In this document: in pieces, positions 20,384 to 28,366 of the stretch
Layout of the letters: the number at the start of each line of letters is the position of its first letter
Position numbering within the stretch: the first letter of the stretch is position 1
From: a virus
Taxonomy: Duplodnaviria; Caudoviricetes
Direction: 5' to 3' (one strand)
IMG/VR virus record: IMGVR_UViG_3300028048_000089
Span: 51,329-115,328 of that record
Length of the DNA stretch: 64,000 nucleotides
Position numbers and translations under genes: made by a program
The notes under the pieces: generated by a model
The model's database searches: none
What the model saw: the letters and a program-made list of their open reading frames with translations, nothing else
What the model was told of the DNA's origin: nothing

Positions 20384-22567
20384 CTATTTAACTTTACTTA
20401 CAGTATAAACATTTCTGTTATGATAAGAATCTTCTGGACTTGTTTCTTCTAATTGTTTCTTTTTATCCATACATTCTTTTCTAGAACCAACCATTATTCT
20501 ATCAATTTTAATTGGTCTACCAGAATGAGTATCTAAAACTTTAACATGCAAAGAATAAACATCATCTGCACCTTCTTTTAAAGATTCATTTTTCTTTGTC
20601 TTATATGCAACTAAAGGATAATGACTCTTTTCATGTTCCTGTTTTTTATCTTTATATTCAATAAAAAGTAATCCATTAGGAACCTCATAGTTATCTTCAA
20701 CTATATCATAGTATTTAATGTTATTCTCTTTAGCATAGTCTTCTAGATATTTATATGCTTCTTCATATGTATCAAATAAATCAATCTCATCACCATCTTC
20801 AGTTTCAATTGTTTTTGATTCTTCTAATGATTCTTCTACATCATCAAAGTCATCAATAATTCCTTTAACAACAGGAAGACCAAATTTAGATTCACCAACA
20901 TTTAAACCATTTTTATTTGTGATAACATATCTATCACCAGCATCAATAATGTTGTACCCTTTATATTTACACACAAAACCTTTGCCTCTTGATTCATCTA
21001 AAGATTCAGCTTTATCTTTTTTACCTAAACCCCAAGTATCAATGCCATCATAACCCCAAATAAGTTTATCATCTTCACTTTCAATTTCACCACTTGGAGA
21101 TACATAAACTTCAACTGAAGCAAAACCATCTCTATCAACTAATTTTCTAGCAGTTTCAATTGCTTCTTCTCTTGTAGCAAAATTGTCTGTGTAAATTTCA
21201 GAGATACCTTGGTCTCTTAAATCTTCATCTTCCCAATATTTAATATAAATTTCTTCAAAAGATTCTTTAATAGTATCTTCTTTACAACAATGCTTTTTAT
21301 AATGATTTCTTGCTTCAGGTTTTAAATTTTGTTTAGAAGAATCTTCACCTAAACTAACACTAGAAGTTTCAGAAGCATCATCACTTCCCATTGTGTGATT
21401 GAAGAATTCAGCTTCTCTTGCAGGGTCACCACAAAATCTAACTTTTACTTTTTTATCTTTCTTTTCATCTAAATCATCATTAAGAATCTTATAACCAGTT
21501 TCACCATTAGAAGCAGGACCCCAAGCAACACCAAGAGGAGTTAAACCAAATTCTTCTTTTAATTCTTGGAAAAACTTAGTAAATCTTTCAATTTGTTGTT
21601 CTCTAAAGTCATCTTCTAAATCATCAAGGTAATCTTCATGTTCAATATTAATATAGGCTGCTTCATAATATCCTGGTTCAATATCTAACATAACATCTTC
21701 AAGATTGAGGTTATATCCATATTGTTGTTCACCATCAACAACATCTGCATCCCAGGCCATTCTCTTTGTTTCTTCATTAAAGTCATAGAGTTTGTCTTTT
21801 AATCTTTCTTGTTCATCTTCATCTAAGATACACACCTTTTCTTCATCCCGATACTTTTGTTCAAAGGCATCTTTAGCATCTTCAAAAGCATCCCAATCTA
21901 TTTCACCATCTTCATTTTCAAATTGTTCTTCTTGAGGATAATCTGGATTATGATGCATATTCCAATAAAATTCATCAATTGTATAGAAAACTAATAATGG
22001 GAAATGTTCTGGACCTCTACCGAAATTAGAAGTACCTTCATCAAGTTTCTTTTCTTCTTTTTCGCACTTGATATTAGTTTCAAAATATCTCCAATCACCA
22101 TTTAAATCTCTCATATACCAATAAGTGATATCATCTCTTGGGTCAATAGCACCATTTTCAAAATCTTCTTTTGAGAAATCCCAAAGGTCACCATTATCAT
22201 AAGCATCACCAAACTTACTCATGTATTCTTTAATATTATGATTGAATTCAACACAAGCACCATTCACTACATCATTTGCAGATTCAATGAGATAATCTTT
22301 ACCAACATGATTACAAATTTCATCTATGATTGCTTTATCATCAATGCCACTCATCATAGCATCAAAAATATCCCAATAACCTGTAACTTGCCACCAAGCA
22401 GAATCTGGCCACACTCTTTCAATTGCATCTTGATAGGCAATCTCAAAAGGTTTTATCTTCATCAATTCATTGTAATCATTAATGTTACCATCAAAATGTA
22501 AACATTTGGCATTTAATTTCTCTCTAGCAGCATTTAATTCATTTCTTAAATTATCTAGTTTACTCAT
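20384..22567 (-). CDS. Acidic multidomain putative internal head protein
   Basis: Repeated linkers ESFEE, ESLDES, ESLEES and ESLKEG. Start moved to ATG 22567, which has an AAGGAG RBS. Confidence 0.6.
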   Translation of the reverse strand: MSKLDNLRNELNAAREKLNAKCLHFDGNINDYNELMKIKPFEIAYQDAIERVWPDSAWWQVTGYWDIFDAMMSGIDDKAIIDEICNHVGKDYLIESANDVVNGACVEFNHNIKEYMSKFGDAYDNGDLWDFSKEDFENGAIDPRDDITYWYMRDLNGDWRYFETNIKCEKEEKKLDEGTSNFGRGPEHFPLLVFYTIDEFYWNMHHNPDYPQEEQFENEDGEIDWDAFEDAKDAFEQKYRDEEKVCILDEDEQERLKDKLYDFNEETKRMAWDADVVDGEQQYGYNLNLEDVMLDIEPGYYEAAYINIEHEDYLDDLEDDFREQQIERFTKFFQELKEEFGLTPLGVAWGPASNGETGYKILNDDLDEKKDKKVKVRFCGDPAREAEFFNHTMGSDDASETSSVSLGEDSSKQNLKPEARNHYKKHCCKEDTIKESFEEIYIKYWEDEDLRDQGISEIYTDNFATREEAIETARKLVDRDGFASVEVYVSPSGEIESEDDKLIWGYDGIDTWGLGKKDKAESLDESRGKGFVCKYKGYNIIDAGDRYVITNKNGLNVGESKFGLPVVKGIIDDFDDVEESLEESKTIETEDGDEIDLFDTYEEAYKYLEDYAKENNIKYYDIVEDNYEVPNGLLFIEYKDKKQEHEKSHYPLVAYKTKKNESLKEGADDVYSLHVKVLDTHSGRPIKIDRIMVGSRKECMDKKKQLEETSPEDSYHNRNVYTVSKVK

Positions 22568-22577
22568 TTTAATCTCC

Positions 22578-23294
22578 TTAATCAACTGGATAGAATAAAT
22601 TACTATTATTTCTTAATATTTCTCTTAAATTTTCTAATTCTCTATTACCTTCTTCAAGTAATGTATCACCATCAATTGTGTATAAAGCATTACTTTGTTT
22701 TGCATAGGTTCTAATTCTACCTAATGCTCTCTTTGTTAATGCTAATGCATGTCTTTGAAGAATATCAATCCAATAATCATTCTTAATGTCATCAACATCT
22801 TCAAACAAAGGCACATATTCAATTACAATAGTAGAAGGAACTCCACTAGAAATATTTATATACAATTTGTTCTCATGCTTGTCTTCTCTAAAAGCCAAGT
22901 CTGTAGATTGTGTATTTCTAAGTTGTAATAATGTATTATAAGTCATGTAGTTGGTTAAGTAGTTATTTAAGTTATACATTGAACCACCATTACTATATGC
23001 TAACCACACTTGAGCATACATAGGGTCAACACTACTAATACCACCATTACCAGGACCTTGGTCACCAATGGCTGCATCTCTATAGACATTAACAATTGCA
23101 CTATGTTTAAAATCAGTTAAATCAATACAAGATGCAAAAGGAACTTGAACAAGTTTAGTTTCATCTATGTATCTTTGAATCTCTCTAAGAGATTGCATAA
23201 CTAACTTACCAATCATCTCATCAGTAATTTCTAATTCAAGAAGACCACCAGTTAACTCAAGTTTAATTGCTTCAATATAATCAGTTAATTGCAT
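22578..23294 (-). CDS. Neck / head-tail adaptor protein (T4 gp13-like)
   Basis: IKLELTGGLLELEI N-terminus and WIDILQRHALALTKRALGRIR...IDGDTLLEEGNRELENL C-terminus match gp13-like proteins. Confidence 0.8.
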   Translation of the reverse strand: MQLTDYIEAIKLELTGGLLELEITDEMIGKLVMQSLREIQRYIDETKLVQVPFASCIDLTDFKHSAIVNVYRDAAIGDQGPGNGGISSVDPMYAQVWLAYSNGGSMYNLNNYLTNYMTYNTLLQLRNTQSTDLAFREDKHENKLYINISSGVPSTIVIEYVPLFEDVDDIKNDYWIDILQRHALALTKRALGRIRTYAKQSNALYTIDGDTLLEEGNRELENLREILRNNSNLFYPVD

Positions 23295-23378
23295 TTATAT
23301 CATCTCCAAAAAGAATAGTATATCTATCATTAAATTTAGCAACTATATAAAATTGTATAATTTTAAGCACTATTTACA

Positions 23379-23410
23379 ATAAAAAGCAACCAAATAAATT
23401 TAGTTGCTTT
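23379..23410 (-). terminator. Intrinsic terminator after the tRNA
   Basis: Minus strand AAAGCAACTAAAT-TT-ATTTGGTTGCTTT followed by TTAT, immediately 3' of the tRNA CCA. Confidence 0.75.
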
Positions 23411-23414
23411 AAGT

Positions 23415-23490
23415 TGGTTACAGGGGGAGGACTTGAACCTCCGACCTCCAGGTTATGAGCCTGGTAAGCTACCTCTGCTATCACCCTGCG
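23415..23490 (-). tRNA. tRNA-Met(CAT), initiator type
   Basis: CGCAGGG...CCAGG-CTCATAA-CCTGG...GGAGG-TTCAAGT-CCTCC-CCCTGTA-A-CCA; 76 nt; C1xA72 mismatch; encoded CCA. Confidence 0.95.
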
Positions 23491-23672
23491 ATATCATCTT
23501 TAATAATTAGATTAGAATTGCCACTATCTAATCTCATTTGGGTTACATAAACACATAACGAATATAGTAGCAATTCTTTTTAATGCTCTTAATAACATAG
23601 TTTCTCCAATCTAGGTTTTAACGAGTTTTTTCTTCTCAATTAGAGCAAGATTGGCTATGACATTTGTATTTC

Positions 23673-23793
23673 GGCGGGGATGGAGAGGTATTGCACCTCA
23701 CAAACATTAAGATTCTTACACAGGACTTTTAATCATTTACCATGGACATGAAACCTTGTCGCTTAAATCATTTTCTACTTAAGTTACAACCCC
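23673..23793 (-). ncRNA. tRNA-like element (~120 nt, non-canonical)
   Basis: 5' GGGGTTG pairs with 3' CATCCCC-G-CC (one mismatch); T-arm-like GAGG-TGCAATA-CCTC; long D-like stem CTTAAGT/ATTTAAG; no clean anticodon arm. Confidence 0.45.
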
Positions 23794-23815
23794 AGAAAGA
23801 CTCCGAAGAGTCTTT
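23794..23815 (-). terminator. UUCG-capped hairpin, probable terminator or 3' boundary of the large RNA
   Basis: Minus strand AAAGACTC-TTCG-GAGTCTTT-CT. Confidence 0.65.
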
Positions 23816-24892
23816 ATTCATAGATGTTACTACTGTGTATCGTTCGTTTGCACAGGGTTAGATTTCTCTAACAAGGCAGGTAACTAGTCACGCTTTACAT
23901 AGGGTTTATGATTCTCACTACCTAATACGTTTGACATTCGCTCATTCTCATCAGTGACTCGTGCAGGATTTTATAACTATTGATAATAGTTCCCTGGACC
24001 CATGTCAGCTGGAACCTGCTTTTCTAAAAGTATTTTTCACCTAATTAGATGGTTTCTGTTTCTTATGTTTCTGTTGTTACCGTCTCCTACTGCTTTGGTA
24101 GATTGCTTCAGGTCAGTAGTCAACCTTTTGTTTAGAGGTCCGCTAACTCTAAACATAGAAAGGAGGTAAGGTTTATATTAACTCTATTGCTAGAGTAATA
24201 TACAAAGTTATTGACAATTTTTACTCTCCTCAGCAGTGTCTTAACAGTTATCTGGTAAGAGTAGGATTGCTCATGAGCCTCCGGCCTAATCGCGGTAGAT
24301 ATTTAATCATGAGTGTACTTGTTCCGATACATCATCACTGAATGTAGATTGTGAACCTCTCGGCAAACATTTTATTTATGTTTAATTTGAAGGCTCAACC
24401 CTTCTTGCAGGAGTAAATTCCTGGAGTTCCCTGGCTTTAATTTCTCTATACCATTCTACGCCATCTCTGGTAGGCACCAGCACATCTCCCTCATCTAAGG
24501 AAGATACAGGAAACGAACCCGTTATTTTTTCATAGATGGTTAATTACCTATTGCTAATGGTTATAAGCCAAACATTAGTGTAGTGACTGAAACTATACTA
24601 CTTTGTTCTAGATTTTACTCTAGTTACGGAGTTTAACCGCTTTTCTAATGCCAATAGGCTGAGGTAGTCCACTGACTTGCTTAATGCAAACAACATTCAG
24701 TACTGGGTGGTGGAACTATTTTTTTTAGTTAAGAATATTCACTTGTGTACTCTCCGCAACTTACGGGCTCTGTCTATTCTGCAGAAGACATTCCACGATT
24801 AGGAGTTTATGACGGTGTAGTAGATTGCGACTCTGTATCTTATATACCTCATATTTCAAAGGACTCAAAGACCCCGTCCATTCTTTCTTAAC
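23816..24892 (-). ncRNA. Large (~1.1 kb) structured non-coding RNA candidate (GOLLD-like or new class)
   Basis: No ORF in the track; visibly GC-richer than its flanks; own TATAAT promoter at 24899-24928; minus-strand GNRA hairpins (CTCTA-GCAA-TAGAG, GTTAGA-GAAA-TCTAAC); ends at a UUCG hairpin; next to a tRNA. Confidence 0.6.
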
Positions 24893-24898
24893 TATTAT

Positions 24899-24928
24899 AT
24901 TATACAAGATTTCTCTTGATAATACCAA
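24899..24928 (-). promoter_or_regulatory. Sigma70/SigA-type promoter for the ~1.1-kb RNA
   Basis: TTGGTA-N18-TATAAT on the minus strand. Confidence 0.55.
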
Positions 24929-24944
24929 CTTTTTTTATACATCT

Positions 24945-25510
24945 TATCATTCAATGAGTTCATGACTCTCACTGTTTTACTTACCATTTGATGTAAAGGA
25001 ATTTAACCTAAGCCTTAAAATAAGTTTGCTCATACTGATAGGATATCGGTGTCCTATTGTCATCAATTTTATAATCACACAAGTTTCCCACCATCTAAGA
25101 CAGTGACAAAGGATATTGTGTAATTAACATCATAAGGCACATCAATTAAGACATGCCCTTGAAAGTCCCAACATTAGTTGGCAATAGGTCCTTTATTATC
25201 CTATGTTTTAATCCATCGCATTAGTTTATCACTAGTCACAAGCAATAGATGAGGTATCCAAGATTTTTTCGTAATGTGCTTTACTTTCTCCACTTGGTTG
25301 GAAGATGTGAGAGACACCTTTTCAGTTCTTTGTCTTGAACAGATATTGCAGTAACATTATCTCACATTATGTAACCACTCAAGATTCCTATCCCTTTAAC
25401 GAATCTTCCTGGGGCATGTCTTCTCAATTAAGTTAGGTCTTCATGCTTGTCTAACAGCAGTTTTTTCTATAAACGAGATGTCGCCCGTTTTGCAAGAATG
25501 TTAACTTGCA
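24945..25510 (-). ncRNA. ROOL-like large structured RNA (~560 nt)
   Basis: ORF-free. Perfect 11-bp long-range helix between 25148-25158 and 25412-25422. Size and tRNA-adjacent phage context fit ROOL. The minus-strand TTAATTGAGAAGACATG...AAGATTCG...GGAATCTTGAGT...TGTGAGATAA resembles ROOL as I recall it (not verified by search). Confidence 0.6.
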
Positions 25511-25516
25511 CATATT

Positions 25517-25544
25517 ATTATACAATCTTTTTTCAAAATTGCAA
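25517..25544 (-). promoter_or_regulatory. Sigma70/SigA-type promoter for the ROOL-like RNA
   Basis: TTGCAA-N16-TATAAT on the minus strand. Confidence 0.55.
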
Positions 25545-25620
25545 TAATATTTTTAAAGAAAAGTATATAAAAACAATACCTCTCTTTTCATTTAATTTAG
25601 CACTTTGATTTTTAGGTATT

Positions 25621-25650
25621 AAAAAAGATGCATTATTTCAATGCATCTTT
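25621..25650 (-). terminator. Intrinsic terminator
   Basis: Minus strand AAAGATGCATT-GAAAT-AATGCATCTTT followed by TTT, just after the stop at 25664. Confidence 0.8.
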
Positions 25651-25663
25651 ATCTTCTTGTAAA

Positions 25664-26788
25664 CTACTTTTCAACTCTTGCTTTAAGTTCAATTGGTTTT
25701 CTTGCTTTAATATGACCTGTATTATGATTGTCTTCTTTCATATCTTTGACTGCACCAACAAGTTTTCTTTCTGGTGTATCTTTACCAAAATGTTTATCAA
25801 GAATGTCATCATCTGTATTCTTAATTACTTTTTTAAATAAAACATCCTCGTCATCATCTAGGTCATTCCAATCAACAGTGCCTAATTTAACATCATCTTC
25901 TGATTCATCTATAATATGATTGAAACCAAAGTCATCATCAAAATCAGTACTTTCAGAAATAGATTCACCAAAATCATCATCAATATCATCTAAAGCAATA
26001 TCATCAATGAATTCAGTATTTGAGACTTCAATCTTATCATCATCATTTTCTTTTGGTTCTTCTTTATCTTCATGCTTATAGATAGCATTTGGGTCTTTCT
26101 TAAGAACTTCTAAGAAATCTTTATGAGCAACTTCCTCTTCTTTAATATGATTTAATTGTTCAATAGCATTAGCATCTGCTTCTTTATCTAACATAGCAAT
26201 AATCTTGTCATAACCAGCAATTGCTTCATCTTCATCTTTAACTAAGAAATCAATTTTTTCTTCAAATGTTTCTAATTTTGGTTCTTTAGCATCTTCTTTA
26301 GGTTCTTCAACTTCTACTTCTGCTTCAACATCAATATCTTCAGCATCTTCTTTTAATGATTCATCAACAACTTCAAAATACTTATCAAAATCCTTTAGTA
26401 AGAAATCAGGGCCAATACTACCCCAAGTACCTAAATTTGTTTCAATCTTCCTATTGCCTCTAGTATCAACTTGTTTAGCATCATAGATACAACCTTTAGA
26501 CCATAATTCACCTTCTTCATCATCTTCCATGTAATCCTTAATGCATTTAACCTTGATTGTTGCTTTATCTTCTTTTAAAGATTCTTTAACTGCAACTAAA
26601 TCTTTGGTAGAGTCAATAATATCTTCTTTATTGAAAGAAATACCAGCATCACCTTTTAACCAAATAGCATCTTCATCATACTTTTTATTTAATTCTCTAA
26701 ATTGAGATAAAAGATGTTTATATTCATCATAATTGTCTTCTTCAATACCTAAGATATCAAAAATTTCCTTATCAGTTAAATTTTTCAT
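25664..26788 (-). CDS. Acidic multidomain putative internal head protein
   Basis: Two ESLKED linkers; DEDEAIAGY...HIKEEEVAH segment has a ferritin-like helix-pair pattern. Confidence 0.6.
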   Translation of the reverse strand: MKNLTDKEIFDILGIEEDNYDEYKHLLSQFRELNKKYDEDAIWLKGDAGISFNKEDIIDSTKDLVAVKESLKEDKATIKVKCIKDYMEDDEEGELWSKGCIYDAKQVDTRGNRKIETNLGTWGSIGPDFLLKDFDKYFEVVDESLKEDAEDIDVEAEVEVEEPKEDAKEPKLETFEEKIDFLVKDEDEAIAGYDKIIAMLDKEADANAIEQLNHIKEEEVAHKDFLEVLKKDPNAIYKHEDKEEPKENDDDKIEVSNTEFIDDIALDDIDDDFGESISESTDFDDDFGFNHIIDESEDDVKLGTVDWNDLDDDEDVLFKKVIKNTDDDILDKHFGKDTPERKLVGAVKDMKEDNHNTGHIKARKPIELKARVEK

Positions 26789-28308
26789 TAGTCTTCATCC
26801 TCCACATCATTGAGCATTTCATCATCTGCATCTTTATGAGCATCAGCTATACTAGCACAGATAGAGAAAATGTCATTACATAAACTTTCAAAAGCAACTT
26901 CCCAATTTGCATCTTGAGGAGTACAATATTCTTCTAAGACTTTCCATTGGTCATATGTATAAATTAATTCATCATCAATTGCTTGATAAATATCTTCATC
27001 ATCAGAGAAGTTATCAACTCTTCCAATAATAGAAGCAACAACATCTAAGAATTCAAAACTAGAACTATAATCAAAATATTCAGCAATAACATCTTTATAA
27101 GGAGATGTACTATATTCTTTATCTTCTTTAATCACTTCTTTTTCTTCTTTTAAAGATTCATCTGCTTCTTTTACTTTCTTTTTTCTTCCAACTTTTACAA
27201 TTAATTTATGATTATCATCTAATTCAAATTCATCAATAACTTCATCATCATTGAGAGGGTCTGTAAATCCTAGTTCATAACCTTTTTTATCATATAAGAC
27301 ATATTGACAATAACCACCATCATCTTCGTCAAATGCATCAAAATAAACATAACAACCATCTTCATAAGTTCCAATTTGTTCTGACATAGTTTCACCAGAT
27401 TCTGCATCATTTATTTCGTTGCATCTTTCAACAAAGTTAGAACCTACTTCATAAGTTAAAGTTAAAGAGGTTGATTCTTTCTTTTCTTCTTTTAATTTCT
27501 TTGGTAATTCAATATTAACTGATAAGAAAATAGGGAGTGATGAATCAACTAAGTCTTGTGCAGAATCAAAATGTTTAAATGCTTTTTTGAAATCATCCTT
27601 TTCTTCTTTTGTATCTTCTAAATAACCCCAAGAAATTTGATTATCAATTATATCATTAATATTTGTTAAATCAACACTACCATCTTTATTAAATTTAAAA
27701 TCATAGTCAACATCAAAAGTTCTAACTTTTAAATTATTTTTTGATGTTTCAACATTATAATCATCTTCAAGAGCATCTTTAATAGCATTGATAATTGCAC
27801 TCATAGAATCAGCATCTTCTTCAACTTCAATGTTATCAATTTCTTCTTGACTCATACCTTCATCAGGCAATTTTTCAGGGTCATAAGGATTACCTTTGTT
27901 TTCAGCATCACCAAAACCAATGACTTCACCATTAGGTTTAATTTCTAAATCTTTAACACTATTGAAATCATCTAATAACCAACCAGCAAGTTTTTCATAG
28001 TCTTCATTTGGAGTAATACCTGTAGTTTCACAAATGATGTCACCTGTTTTACTATCCCATGGCATAAACCAACCATCTGGTGTATCATCTTTATTAATTA
28101 ACATGATACCAGCACATAATGCCCAATCTGGATTATCAGTGGCTTGAATAGCATCATCTCTGATTTCATCTCCCCAACCTTCTTCCCAAAGAACTACGGC
28201 ACCAAGACCATTGCCTAAGTCATACCAACCACCAACATAGTCTTGATTATTTTTAAGGAATTCAACTTCCTCTTTTAACCATTTTGCAAGTTCTTTAATA
28301 TCATTCAT
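26788..28308 (-). CDS. Acidic multidomain putative internal head protein
   Basis: KLKEEKKES and KVKEADESLKEEKEVIKED linkers; late-promoter motif upstream. Confidence 0.6.
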   Translation of the reverse strand: MNDIKELAKWLKEEVEFLKNNQDYVGGWYDLGNGLGAVVLWEEGWGDEIRDDAIQATDNPDWALCAGIMLINKDDTPDGWFMPWDSKTGDIICETTGITPNEDYEKLAGWLLDDFNSVKDLEIKPNGEVIGFGDAENKGNPYDPEKLPDEGMSQEEIDNIEVEEDADSMSAIINAIKDALEDDYNVETSKNNLKVRTFDVDYDFKFNKDGSVDLTNINDIIDNQISWGYLEDTKEEKDDFKKAFKHFDSAQDLVDSSLPIFLSVNIELPKKLKEEKKESTSLTLTYEVGSNFVERCNEINDAESGETMSEQIGTYEDGCYVYFDAFDEDDGGYCQYVLYDKKGYELGFTDPLNDDEVIDEFELDDNHKLIVKVGRKKKVKEADESLKEEKEVIKEDKEYSTSPYKDVIAEYFDYSSSFEFLDVVASIIGRVDNFSDDEDIYQAIDDELIYTYDQWKVLEEYCTPQDANWEVAFESLCNDIFSICASIADAHKDADDEMLNDVEDED

Positions 28309-28366
28309 ATTAAATTTCTCCTATATATAGTAAAATTATATACTTTATCATTTAATTTAGCAAGAA

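Noticed and set aside
23673-23793. tmRNA, or a selenocysteine/suppressor tRNA
   Set aside because: Too short for tmRNA, with no G3-U70 pair or tag frame. TCA is not presented in a properly paired anticodon arm.
24160-24180. Plus-strand AAGGAGGT as the RBS of a hidden peptide gene
   Set aside because: No start codon at a suitable spacing, and hairpin loop polarity favours a minus-strand RNA.
23300-25600. CRISPR array or rRNA fragment in the long non-coding region
   Set aside because: No regularly spaced direct repeats and no recognisable rRNA conserved motifs.
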